Origin: a virus
Direction: 5' to 3' (one strand)
Length of the DNA stretch: 64,000 nucleotides
IMG/VR virus record: IMGVR_UViG_3300046714_000236
Location: 1-64,000 of that record
In this document: positions 1-8,434 of the stretch, piece after piece
Layout: every line of letters starts with the position of its first letter
Position numbering within the stretch: position 1 is the first letter of the stretch
Translations under genes and position numbers: made by a program
The notes under the pieces: model-generated
Seen by the model: the letters and a program-made list of their open reading frames with translations, nothing else
Database searches by the model: none
Told to the model about the DNA's origin: nothing

Positions 1-875
1 ACTTCGACGGGAAGCAGCCGCCCCGCTTCGACGAGCTTCTTCGTCTCGACCTTCAGCGCGATCGGGCCGAAGAGATCGTAGGTGAGAAACTCTTTTCGAT
101 CAGCGCGCCGCTCGTCCGCGGAGAACGCGACGCGGTAGCGCGAGTGAAAGTGATCGATCACCTCGGTGAAAGTTTTTGCCGCCGCGTACTGAGCTTCGTC
201 GAGCACGACGAGGCCGAAGTGCTTCGCGTACTCGTGCGCGCAGTTCCGGAGCGTCGCCTGCATCCCGATCGTGATCTGTCGGATCCCGCGCGTGCTGCCG
301 CGGATGATCCCGATCTGATCGGTGCGGAGCCCGAGCTTCGTCACGCACTCGTCGACCCACTGCTTCAAAAGCCCTTCGGTGTTCACGACGATGAGCGTCG
401 GCAGATTCAGGTGATGAAAGAGTGCGAGCGCCGCCGTCGTCTTCCCCGAGCCCGCCGCCGATCGAATGACGCACGACTCCTCGCGACACGCGGCCGCGAC
501 CATTTCGAGCTGCGTATCCCACGGCGTCACGCGAAGTTCCCCGCGCGCTTCGCCGCGGTACCCGTTCTTCCCGACAACGCGATTGTCGATGAGCCGCACG
601 TTCGGCCCGAGGATGTCGCTCACGCGCTTCAGCCCACCGCGGGGGAACGTGAGCCGCCGCACTTCACCACCGCCGACGGTCTCGGAGTCGAACGTCTGGA
701 TCTCTTTCGGCGGGGGCTTCATCCGAAACCGCATCGCGCGATACTTGTGAAAGTCCGGGTTCGAATGAGTGAACGCAGCGAGGAGCGCCTTGTGCTGCTC
801 GTGCGAGATGTCCCCGAGCGCAACGCGGATCCGGTTGTCGACGACGATGCTCGGGATCCCGTCGAGCGATCCCAT
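1..875 (-). CDS. Superfamily 2 helicase (XPB/UvsW-like), truncated by window edge
   Basis: Absent from the ORF track; translated manually from ATG at 875. Motif I SAAGSGKT, motif II LVVLDEAQ, motif III FSAD; frame stays open to base 1. Confidence 0.9.
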   Translation of the reverse strand, partial: MGSLDGIPSIVVDNRIRVALGDISHEQHKALLAAFTHSNPDFHKYRAMRFRMKPPPKEIQTFDSETVGGGEVRRLTFPRGGLKRVSDILGPNVRLIDNRVVGKNGYRGEARGELRVTPWDTQLEMVAAACREESCVIRSAAGSGKTTAALALFHHLNLPTLIVVNTEGLLKQWVDECVTKLGLRTDQIGIIRGSTRGIRQITIGMQATLRNCAHEYAKHFGLVVLDEAQYAAAKTFTEVIDHFHSRYRVAFSADERRADRKEFLTYDLFGPIALKVETKKLVEAGRLLPVE

Positions 876-876
876 C

Positions 877-993
877 TCAATCCTTCTTCCCGATGTTGAC
901 CGACGTGCTGCTACTGAGTGCAAACGCGAGAAACAACGTGTAGACCGGATGCGCTTCGATCGCCGCGAGCAGGAGTTTCATCGCTTCGGCCAT
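877..993 (-). CDS. Small hydrophobic protein (38 aa)
   Basis: Manual translation MAEAMKLLLAAIEAHPVYTLFLAFALSS...; fills the gap between co-oriented genes. Confidence 0.4.
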   Translation of the reverse strand: MAEAMKLLLAAIEAHPVYTLFLAFALSSSTSVNIGKKD

Positions 994-995
994 GG

Positions 996-1295
996 TCAGT
1001 GCTTCCGAAGCAGTGCCGCCGCTTGCATCTGCCTGTTCGTCGCTTCGAGAAATTCTAACGCCTGATGCGCGAGCGCGTTCTCCTCACACGGGTTCGCTTC
1101 GAGCGCACAACTCTTGTGCGTCCGGTAGAACGCGATCTGCGCGCCGTTCGGGTGCCGCACCGTGTGCGTGCGGATGTTCCCCTTCGGATTCATCGGCTGA
1201 TCGCAGTAGGGGCACGCGACTTCGGGCGATACGTCGCGCGTCACGCCCGAGCGCACCGCGAACCCAACCTGACTTTCAACGAGCTTCGTCGGCAT
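996..1295 (-). CDS. Hypothetical protein with CxxC...HxxC zinc motif
   Basis: CPYC...HKSC motif; co-oriented with neighbours; start estimated at MPTK. Confidence 0.6.
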   Translation of the reverse strand: MPTKLVESQVGFAVRSGVTRDVSPEVACPYCDQPMNPKGNIRTHTVRHPNGAQIAFYRTHKSCALEANPCEENALAHQALEFLEATNRQMQAAALLRKH

Positions 1296-2349
1296 GGTCT
1301 TCCATGTATGCACACAACCGATCGGCGATGTCGTGGTACGGGCCCGCGAGGTTCATCAACTTGAGCTCCACCGAGAAGCCCGCCGCGCCCGTGTGACCGT
1401 TGCCGCCGTTCGCGCGAGCGAACCGGCTCACGTCGAACCCGTTCAGACCGCGGACGGAGTACGAGAGACGCGGCACGCCGCCGGGCGCGTCGACGACGAA
1501 CGAGAAGCCCGCCACGAACTTGCAGTCCGTTCCCTTCTCGCGAAGCGCTTCGGCGACGTCGGAGGTGAGCCGCGCGCCGCACGCTTGTTCCTGGAACACG
1601 GCGCACCGCGAAACTCCGTTGGTGAGGTACACGATCTGATCGACCGCTTGGCGCACGGCTTCGAGGTGCGCCTCGTACAGCGTGCGGCCCTGATCGACTT
1701 CATCGCTCGTAAGAAACGCATCGGTGAAGAGCCGAGGATCGCGATCCATCGACTCGCGCGGATTGAGCCAGTGATCGGCAGGCTTCGCCATCAGGATCTT
1801 GCTCATCCATTGTCCGCGGATGAACTTCGGATCCTTCGTCTGCCACGTGTCGCGCGCACCGATGCACTGAGCGAAATCGCGCACAGACGAGATGTTCGCA
1901 GGGGGATCGACCACCCCACCCTCGGTCGAAACTAGGTGAGTCAGAACCGCGTCCCACACTTCGCGGAACGCGAGCACCGCGCCCGAGACTCCCGGATCCT
2001 TTTTCTCGTCTGCGAAGATCCCGTTCTCGCCGAACGATCGGACGAGCTCTTCGACTCCCTTGTGATGATCGAGCACGATCGTGAGCGGCTCGTCTTCCGG
2101 GTCGCAGTGATAGTCGGGCGCGATGTCGCAGAAGAGCGCGATCCCACCATGTGAGGGATCCCAGCGCTTTCCCTCACGCGGCGTCGCGAGGTGCTTCTCC
2201 TCGGTCCCGTGCTTCAGGAAAATGATCTCGGGAGATCGCCCGAGCATCCTGAACGCGTCCTTCAGGATCATCGCGCTCGCGAGTCCGTCGGGACAATCGG
2301 CGTGCACGTACACGACGTTCACGCGCTTCAGCTTGTCGATCGAGATCAC
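1276..2349 (-). CDS. DHH/DHHA1-family phosphoesterase
   Basis: HADCPDG, FCD, LDHH and C-terminal GGNGHTGAAG motifs. Confidence 0.9.
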   Translation of the reverse strand: MISIDKLKRVNVVYVHADCPDGLASAMILKDAFRMLGRSPEIIFLKHGTEEKHLATPREGKRWDPSHGGIALFCDIAPDYHCDPEDEPLTIVLDHHKGVEELVRSFGENGIFADEKKDPGVSGAVLAFREVWDAVLTHLVSTEGGVVDPPANISSVRDFAQCIGARDTWQTKDPKFIRGQWMSKILMAKPADHWLNPRESMDRDPRLFTDAFLTSDEVDQGRTLYEAHLEAVRQAVDQIVYLTNGVSRCAVFQEQACGARLTSDVAEALREKGTDCKFVAGFSFVVDAPGGVPRLSYSVRGLNGFDVSRFARANGGNGHTGAAGFSVELKLMNLAGPYHDIADRLCAYMEDHADEAR

Positions 2350-2870
2350 GACTTACCCCCGATCGTCATCGCGGGATGCCACGTGAACTCGCACGTGCGC
2401 CAGTCTGCCCCGAGTTCGTGCTCCGCCTGCCCTTCGTAGCCGCGCCGATAGAGCGGCCACTCTTCCGCCGTGATGTACGTCGGGCACTTGAATCGAGACG
2501 GCTCGCCCGTCGCGCGCTTCGCGTCGTCGTCGCGTGCAACGAGCCCGCCGATGCTCGCGAACGGAGCGTTCTCTATCAGATCCTGGACGCAGTCCATGCG
2601 ACCGCGCTCGAATGGATCGACGGCCGTCGTCTGCACCGGTGCAGCGAACGGGTTCGGCGTGATGGATTCGCTGCCACCGCCCGGACCCTGCGCAGGTCCG
2701 CGATTCGGGTCGCGCCCGTACCACTCCTCACGCTTTCGCACTGCCGCGTCGAACGCCGCGAGGCACGAGCTCAGATAGTTTGCGAGGATCCAGTCCGGAG
2801 TATTGCTCTCGTTCTCACACGAGTTTCGGTTCAACAGGCTTTCGAGTTCGTCGCGGAACACCGGGTTCAT
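2346..2870 (-). CDS. Phage hypothetical protein
   Basis: 4-nt overlap with next gene; CATCTT hexamer 7 nt before ATG. Confidence 0.75.
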   Translation of the reverse strand: MNPVFRDELESLLNRNSCENESNTPDWILANYLSSCLAAFDAAVRKREEWYGRDPNRGPAQGPGGGSESITPNPFAAPVQTTAVDPFERGRMDCVQDLIENAPFASIGGLVARDDDAKRATGEPSRFKCPTYITAEEWPLYRRGYEGQAEHELGADWRTCEFTWHPAMTIGGKS

Positions 2871-3082
2871 GCCCGAGAAGATGCCGCGCCCTTCTTCTCG
2901 ACGATCTCCGGGACCAGGGTGAGCGAGTCCGGCTCTCGCCCCGTCGCCCGGAGCACCACCGCAAGCACCTTCGACTCGATGAGCTTCTGCCAGTTCCGAA
3001 CGCCCGTGTCGAACCGAAATTCGGGAGTCTTCCAGATCTGGACGCCGCGCCAGATCACCCGGAAGACGACGCGCTCACTCAC
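2867..3082 (-). CDS. Hypothetical protein
   Basis: GTGA start/stop coupling at 3079-3082. Confidence 0.6.
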   Translation of the reverse strand: MSERVVFRVIWRGVQIWKTPEFRFDTGVRNWQKLIESKVLAVVLRATGREPDSLTLVPEIVEKKGAASSRA

Positions 3083-3516
3083 GTACGATCTTTCACGTCG
3101 AACAGCGTACGGGTCATCCATCCGATCGTACTCTTGATCAGCCCGAAGTCGTTCGCTTGTTCGATCTCGTGCTCGCTGAGCAGCTGCGAGACTCCGCGCC
3201 GCTCGACGCCATCCGTCCAGATCCCATCCAAATGGAAGACACCACTGCCGCGATGCTCCGCGTCGTACCTCACCGTGAGGTGAACCCCGCGCGGGAGGAT
3301 CAGAGACGCGTCGATCTGTTCCGCAAGCGCGACCGCCTTCGGGTGCGGGGGCTGTTGTTGGAATCGATCCTGCGGGACCGCGACCGCCTTCGGCTCTGCG
3401 CGGAGCTCATCCTCGCACTCACGAAACCATTTCGCGATGTGCTCTCGCTCGCCCTCGGGCACGTGCCGCGCGATCACGTTCTGCGCTGCGCGGATGATGT
3501 CTAGCTGCGTCTTCAT
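3079..3516 (-). CDS. Hypothetical protein
   Basis: Start re-placed at MKTQLD, after GAAGGG RBS and downstream of the palindrome. Confidence 0.7.
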   Translation of the reverse strand: MKTQLDIIRAAQNVIARHVPEGEREHIAKWFRECEDELRAEPKAVAVPQDRFQQQPPHPKAVALAEQIDASLILPRGVHLTVRYDAEHRGSGVFHLDGIWTDGVERRGVSQLLSEHEIEQANDFGLIKSTIGWMTRTLFDVKDRT

Positions 3517-3530
3517 CGGGTTCCCTTCAG

Positions 3531-3550
3531 GACCGACATCGATGTCGGTC
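3531..3550. repeat. 20-bp palindrome copy 1
   Basis: GACCGACATCGATGTCGGTC exact; overlaps the stop codon at 3549. Confidence 0.97.
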
Positions 3551-3875
3551 AGTACCGTTCGAGCGCCATCGCGTCGCGCGCTTGAACGAACTCCGCCTTC
3601 TCGCCCACCGTGCTGTCGCGAGGCACCGCGCACACGAGCCGCACCGAGTGCACCGCTTCCGTCGCTTGCTGCGCCGCGATGATCCCGCGCTGCAGCGGGT
3701 CGACCGCGCGCACCGCAATGAACGCCGTCCCGAACGCCGTGCGCCAGAGCTGCCGCTCCTGCGGTGTCATGAACTCCAGTCTGCCCATCGCGTTCGCACG
3801 CGCGGCTTCGATCGGCGTGATCCGTTGCGGCGGAAGATTCTTCACCGGGCCCGGTTTCCTTCGTGTCGCCATCAC
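3549..3875 (-). CDS. Hypothetical protein
   Basis: (V)MATRRKPG start coupled to the upstream stop. Confidence 0.65.
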   Translation of the reverse strand: MMATRRKPGPVKNLPPQRITPIEAARANAMGRLEFMTPQERQLWRTAFGTAFIAVRAVDPLQRGIIAAQQATEAVHSVRLVCAVPRDSTVGEKAEFVQARDAMALERY

Positions 3876-4198
3876 TCCACCAATCGATCCGCGTACGCGG
3901 TCGCCTTCTGCAGCGCTTCCCGCACTGCTCTCTCCGCCACTCCCACCGCGCCGCGAACCGCCGCCTGCGCGTCGAGCAGCGCTTCGCGTTTCATCGCCGC
4001 TCGTGATGCCTCGTCCTGACAGAGCAGGAACTCCGCGATCACTTTCTCCGGCGAGCAATGCCCGATCACTTCGCCCGCGGCCACGGTCTTGTAGAGCCGC
4101 CGCGCTTCCACGAGCGCGTTCGCATAACGCTCGTCCTTCGGGCGCTTCGCAAAGTCGCCCTCCAATCGGATCGCCACGTGCGCGTCTAGTTCGGCCAT
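3872..4198 (-). CDS. Hypothetical coiled-coil protein
   Basis: ORF track; GGCATCCT 7 nt before ATG. Confidence 0.7.
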   Translation of the reverse strand: MAELDAHVAIRLEGDFAKRPKDERYANALVEARRLYKTVAAGEVIGHCSPEKVIAEFLLCQDEASRAAMKREALLDAQAAVRGAVGVAERAVREALQKATAYADRLVE

Positions 4199-4214
4199 CC
4201 CGGGCAGGATGCCG

Positions 4215-4664
4215 TCACTTCACCCCGCGCAGCACCGGCTCTCGCATGAGCTTCTTTATCGCCGCCCATTCGATCTGACGCACCCGCTCCCGCGTCAGGT
4301 TGATCACCTCCGCGAGCTCGTCGAGCGTCACCCCGTCCCGATCCGCCACGTCGAGCGCGCACGTTTCTCGGAGCTCCCACAGTTCGAGATCCGGAAAGTT
4401 CATCTTCAACGTCCCCGTCGACGGGCTCACGTCGATGAACAAATGAAACCGACACCCAGCGAATGGACACGGCCGTTCTCCGTTCTCGCACTCGCTCCGC
4501 GTCTTCGGCCGCGCGTACTCGGCGATCTCTTCCACCACCCCGAGTCGCAGCTCCCGCCGCTGCTCACGCGCGAGCGTCCGCACGTTCACCGAGACCGCGC
4601 GCACTTCCCGCTTCCGCTTGTTCCTCAATCGATCACGATCCCTGTACGGCTCGTTGTTCCACAC
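4215..4664 (-). CDS. Stand-alone sigma70 region-4 HTH protein with Cys/His Zn motif (myxobacterial-type)
   Basis: [12 protein letters not shown] and TCALDVAD...[20 protein letters not shown]; GTG start 6 nt after CATGAT. Confidence 0.85.
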   Translation of the reverse strand: MWNNEPYRDRDRLRNKRKREVRAVSVNVRTLAREQRRELRLGVVEEIAEYARPKTRSECENGERPCPFAGCRFHLFIDVSPSTGTLKMNFPDLELWELRETCALDVADRDGVTLDELAEVINLTRERVRQIEWAAIKKLMREPVLRGVK

Positions 4665-4690
4665 TTTTTGATCATGCCATGATCGCCCCC

Positions 4691-5005
4691 ATGAAACGCA
4701 TCGCCCTCGCCCTCTCACTCGCTCTCACCGCGTGCTCCGGCTCCTTTGAAGAATCACGCGGCGCCCTCTCCCCGACCGCGCGCTGCGCCCAGCTCGATGA
4801 TCGTCACGCCTTTTGGGGAGGCTTCTCGAAGTTCTCCGCCGCCCTCTCAGGCGCTTCCGGGCTCGCAACCATCCCCATCACGGGCGACACCGCCAAAGTG
4901 TCTCTCGGTGTCAGTGGGGCCGCCCTCGCCGCGTCCGCAGTCGGTGCCGCCTTCATCTCCGAATCCGCCGGCACGAGCTGGGCTCGCGAGTGCGCCAAAC
5001 CGTAG
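4691..5005 (+). CDS. Putative lipoprotein
   Basis: MKRIALALSLALTAC signal peptide with lipobox; hydrophobic Gly/Ala helices. Confidence 0.75.
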   Translation: MKRIALALSLALTACSGSFEESRGALSPTARCAQLDDRHAFWGGFSKFSAALSGASGLATIPITGDTAKVSLGVSGAALAASAVGAAFISESAGTSWARECAKP

Positions 5006-5010
5006 AAACA

Positions 5011-5048
5011 CGAACACCGAGCGGGGATCAAGATTCGCTCGGTGTTCG
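5011..5048. terminator. Terminator-like hairpin
   Basis: 13-bp perfect stem CGAACACCGAGCG/CGCTCGGTGTTCG just after the lipoprotein stop. Confidence 0.65.
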
Positions 5049-5115
5049 GTACCGCTGTTGATCACGTCGAGCTTCGAAGTCGCGGTTGCCTCGGGCCCGG
5101 CACTGAAGGCATGAT

Positions 5116-5568
5116 CGCCCTGCTGACCAATGACGATCGGAAGTGTCTCACGCGCCGCACGGATCCGCCAGAACCGCGATCCGAGTTTCGCCGCGACCAG
5201 ATCCACGTCTGCGGACCTTCCAGGGTCAAAGCGCGTTCGACAGCGCTCAAGTGCTCCCGTCAGTAGGGCGCGCGGCGGTAGCCGAAAAAGTCGCAGCGTG
5301 AGGATGGCCACCGAGGTGGGTTCTCACGCGCACAGGATCAACGCGTCGTTCAGGTTCCCTCGTAACCACCATGTCCCCGGCCATGGCTCGGCGCACCTCC
5401 GCACGGTAAGAAAGCCCGTGCGCGGTCCCGTTCACTCATAGGTAGTCATCAGAGCCCCCACGACCGAAAGAGACCCGGCCGTGAGTGGTAGCAGTGACAC
5501 GGGAGATTCTTTGATCCCCAAACGCAGAACGGCCCCGATGGTCTCTCTCGGTTAGCCGGGGATCTGAT
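5116..5568 (+). ncRNA. Candidate large structured non-coding RNA
   Basis: More than 10 nested helices found by eye, mostly with G-U pairs on the + strand; no convincing CDS; upstream TTGCCT-N18-CATGAT. Confidence 0.6.
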
Positions 5569-5621
5569 CCGAAATAAAAGATTGATCCGGATCTCTGATC
5601 TCCGAAGCATGGATCGATCCG

Positions 5622-5816
5622 ATGGACCCCGATGACTTCGTGAGTGTCGCGATGTACGTGCATCTCGTGCGCACTTCGCTCGCGTTCGGACGTCGCACCG
5701 TGTTCGTCATGCATAGCTACCCCGAAGCGATCGCGTCTCTCCTGCTCACGACGTGGCCCGGGCTCTCGTGCCGGATCTCCGATGGCGTGCTCATCGTTTC
5801 CCACTGGCCCGTCTGA
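5622..5816 (+). CDS. Hypothetical protein
   Basis: ORF track; phage-like codon usage. Confidence 0.45.
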   Translation: MDPDDFVSVAMYVHLVRTSLAFGRRTVFVMHSYPEAIASLLLTTWPGLSCRISDGVLIVSHWPV

Positions 5817-5982
5817 GTCCGACGAACTCGCGATCCTGCCGTGCGCGCTGCATGTCGTTCTGCACCTGCCGCCTCCCGAGGATCTCATCGAGATGCGCCG
5901 CGAGCTCACGCACGCGCTGCAGGCGTTCGGAGGGGTGCGCGATTTCTACCACCGGTGGGTACGGAATTTGGATCGGGTCCAT
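5791..5982 (-). CDS. Hypothetical protein
   Basis: ORF track; plausible helical sequence. Confidence 0.4.
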   Translation of the reverse strand: MDPIQIPYPPVVEIAHPSERLQRVRELAAHLDEILGRRQVQNDMQRARQDREFVGLRRASGKR

Positions 5983-6198
5983 GTGCAGCCCCTGTGCACA
6001 ATCCGATCCGCTACGTGCATCCGCACGCTTGCGAGCGTGTCCCCGTTCTCTGCGCAGTGCAGGAGCGTCTCACCGTTGCCGGGCGCCCCTTCATTTCTGT
6101 CTTAGTTCGCGGCCCGCTCGGGGAAAGGAAAAGACCCGAGCGGGCCCGCGAGTTGTCCAGAAACCGAAAACCACACGCGCGTTCATGATGCGACGGAA

Positions 6199-6495
6199 CT
6201 AGGGCGCAGTCGAGTGCGCTTCCTTCGCCGCCGCGTCGAGCGTGCACCGCACTCGGTTCTTCTCTCGGATGATGAGCCACCGCGCGTGCATCGCTGCCGT
6301 CACGCGATCGACCACGCCCGAGCCCGTGCACCAGAGACACCGCTTCGATCGGTAGCGCTTCGGATCATCGGTCGGGACGGGATACATCCCCGCCCCTGCG
6401 CACGCCCCGCAGAAGAGAAGAGTTTCCCGATCCTCGCTCCGCTTTCGAAGACGGAGCTGAAGGCGTTGCTCGCTGTCGCGTCTCTGCGATCCCAC
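6199..6495 (-). CDS. CxxCxGxG zinc-finger protein
   Basis: CGACAGAG and CLWCTGSG motifs, as in DnaJ-type Cys-rich repeats. Confidence 0.65.
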   Translation of the reverse strand: MGSQRRDSEQRLQLRLRKRSEDRETLLFCGACAGAGMYPVPTDDPKRYRSKRCLWCTGSGVVDRVTAAMHARWLIIREKNRVRCTLDAAAKEAHSTAP

Positions 6496-6515
6496 GGCAA
6501 CGCCTTCTCAGGCGC

Positions 6516-6893
6516 TTAGCCCTGAGCGCCCTGCACGCCCTGGAAGCCCTGCGCGCCTTGTGCGCCGGCCGCGCCCTGAGCACCAGTGACTCCCTGAGCG
6601 CCTTGCGCTCCCTGCGCGCCGGTGTCGCCTTGTGCGCCGGTGTCGCCCTGCACGCCGTTCGCACCGAGCGCCGCGAGCATCACGATGTCGCACGTCGTGG
6701 GGGGCGCGCCGTTCGCGCGCTTCGCCTGAGCGATCGCCCGAGCGTCCGCGATGCCCGCCGCGCTCGAAGACACGAGCTGCCCGCCGGCCGTCGCGATGTC
6801 CGCGGCTTCGGGTGACGTCGAGTCGAACTCGGTGCCCGCGTAGTAGAGAACCGTTCCGACCTGGGTGGAGTTGATCAGCGTCTGAGTCGACAA
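6516..6893 (-). CDS. Short collagen-like (G-X-Q) protein
   Basis: TTG start after GGAAAGGG; N-domain resembles that of 14272..15426; ends in a GAQ/GDT/GFQ run. Confidence 0.8.
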   Translation of the reverse strand: MSTQTLINSTQVGTVLYYAGTEFDSTSPEAADIATAGGQLVSSSAAGIADARAIAQAKRANGAPPTTCDIVMLAALGANGVQGDTGAQGDTGAQGAQGAQGVTGAQGAAGAQGAQGFQGVQGAQG

Positions 6894-6962
6894 GGGGGTG
6901 CCCTTTCCGGTGAGGTGTTCGAGAACGCTATCACCTCCGCGGGGGGAGGGGATAGCCGGGCC

Positions 6963-6982
6963 GACCGACATCGATGTCGGTC
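6963..6982. repeat. 20-bp palindrome copy 2
   Basis: Exact; lies between divergent putative promoters. Confidence 0.97.
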
Positions 6983-7031
6983 CGTTTCCCCGAGAGTTTC
7001 GGGAGGTCCGAAAGAAAGATCGAGAAAGGGG

Positions 7032-7061
7032 TTGCATGGGGGGCGGTTCGTCCCCTATAAC
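7032..7061 (+). promoter_or_regulatory. Sigma70-like early promoter 1
   Basis: TTGCAT-N18-TATAAC with A-rich upstream tract; ATG 7 nt downstream. Confidence 0.7.
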
Positions 7062-7068
7062 GAGATTC

Positions 7069-7338
7069 ATGAAGACGCTGAACCTTTCCCTCATGTCCCT
7101 CGGTGACGCGCTCGGCTCGCTCCGTTACCTCGGCTCGTGCGCGTGCTGCCGCGACCAGTTCATGAGCACGCACATTCAAGTGTGCTGCGCCGGGGGGCGG
7201 ATCTTCTGCACCCGCGAGAAGTGCCTCACCGCTGCCGCGACCGAGGCGCGGAAAGAAGCGATCGCGATCTTCAACTACACCGAGCAGCGGATCCGCGATG
7301 CCGGTGGAATCACCGACCCGAGTTCGTACGAAGTCTGA
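7069..7338 (+). CDS. Cys-rich early hypothetical protein
   Basis: Start MKTLNL directly after the promoter. Confidence 0.7.
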   Translation: MKTLNLSLMSLGDALGSLRYLGSCACCRDQFMSTHIQVCCAGGRIFCTREKCLTAAATEARKEAIAIFNYTEQRIRDAGGITDPSSYEV

Positions 7339-7357
7339 GAAAAGGAAACCCCGCACC

Positions 7358-7597
7358 ATGCGCAGCCTCACCAAATTGATGATCGACGGCCGCCACCGCG
7401 CGGTCGCGGTCGAACACTTCCCCGCGGGCTCCACCTCGTATCTCTTCCCGCACTACGCGATCCGCTACCTCGGAAGCCCCGATCGCGTCGTCGTCGCTTC
7501 GTCCCGTGTCACCCGCGCAGACGACGCGGGCGTCGAGCTCGATCCCGAAGGCTTCCCCCGCGGGATCGGCCCGCGCCAGATCGCAGAAGTCCGATGA
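7358..7597 (+). CDS. Early hypothetical protein
   Basis: AAAGGA RBS; start MRSLTK. Confidence 0.7.
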   Translation: MRSLTKLMIDGRHRAVAVEHFPAGSTSYLFPHYAIRYLGSPDRVVVASSRVTRADDAGVELDPEGFPRGIGPRQIAEVR

Positions 7598-7767
7598 ACC
7601 CCTGCACCCCCATCCCGCCCGGGCGCGCCCTGCGCCGGAACACCCCGACCGGGAGCGCCTACACCTACAGCGCGACCGCCTGCCAGCTCGGGGGATGGGG
7701 GTACCTCGGGTTCGCCCGCTGTTCCGTCGTCACGAAGTACGACCGGGTGCGTCACAAAGAAAGTTGA
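7594..7767 (+). CDS. Small hypothetical protein (57 aa)
   Basis: ATGA coupling; manual translation MNPCTPIPPG... Confidence 0.45.
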   Translation: MNPCTPIPPGRALRRNTPTGSAYTYSATACQLGGWGYLGFARCSVVTKYDRVRHKES

Positions 7768-7775
7768 GAAAGGCA

Positions 7776-7805
7776 TTGCATGGGGGGCGGCCCGTCCCCC
7801 ATACT
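7776..7805 (+). promoter_or_regulatory. Sigma70-like early promoter 2
   Basis: TTGCAT-N18-CATACT; near-duplicate of the 7032 promoter. Confidence 0.7.
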
Positions 7806-7812
7806 AGGACCC

Positions 7813-8124
7813 ATGAACAACGCAGCCCGCGCCGAAACCCTCGACGTAGCGAACACCATCCGCGACCAGATCGGCGGACGCGCCTTCTTCATGATGGGCG
7901 CGAAGAACCTCCTCGGTTCTCCCGACTCGCTCGCCTTCCAGATCCGCGGCTCGATGAACGTGAACCGGATCTCGATCACCCTCGACCCGTCCGACACGTA
8001 CACCGTCCGGTTCGTGCGCGTGCGCGGGCTGAAGGTGAAGGAAGTTGCGACCGTCGAGAACGTGTACGCCGACGCACTGAAGCCCGTGATCGAGAAACAC
8101 ACCGGGCTCTACCTGTCCCTCTGA
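7813..8124 (+). CDS. Conserved-looking phage early protein
   Basis: ANTIRDQIGG...DTYTVRF...VY.D.L...TGLYLSL pattern, recalled from phage early genes; function unknown. Confidence 0.8.
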   Translation: MNNAARAETLDVANTIRDQIGGRAFFMMGAKNLLGSPDSLAFQIRGSMNVNRISITLDPSDTYTVRFVRVRGLKVKEVATVENVYADALKPVIEKHTGLYLSL

Positions 8125-8146
8125 ATCGAAAAGGAAACCCCGCACC

Positions 8147-8434
8147 ATGACCCCCGTTCTTCGCCGCTTCTCCGACACCATCACGATCGAGTGCACCGAC
8201 GCGCTCGAAGCCGAACACATCGCGCGCGACTTGCTCGACGTGCTCGCCGCCGTTGCCGACGATCTGCCCTCGCACGAAGTGCGGGTCGAGCAAAGCGAGC
8301 GCCGGGTGTTCATCACCGGCAACCTGAACCACGCCGAAGACGCGGTCCACGTGATGATGGATGTCCACGACGACACCTGCCCGAACATCATCTTCGCCGA
8401 AACCGGTGTCGCTGATTACGAGGTGTCGCTGTGA
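8147..8434 (+). CDS. Early hypothetical protein
   Basis: Same leader sequence as the 7358 gene. Confidence 0.75.
   Translation: MTPVLRRFSDTITIECTDALEAEHIARDLLDVLAAVADDLPSHEVRVEQSERRVFITGNLNHAEDAVHVMMDVHDDTCPNIIFAETGVADYEVSL

Noticed and set aside
144-899. 251-aa plus-strand ORF
   Set aside because: Antisense to the helicase, which the track missed because it runs off the window edge.
5440-5455. Hammerhead core (CTGATGA on the minus strand) or group I intron P7 (TAGTC)
   Set aside because: No matching stem II-GAAA or GACTA partner was found, and no interrupted host gene is present.
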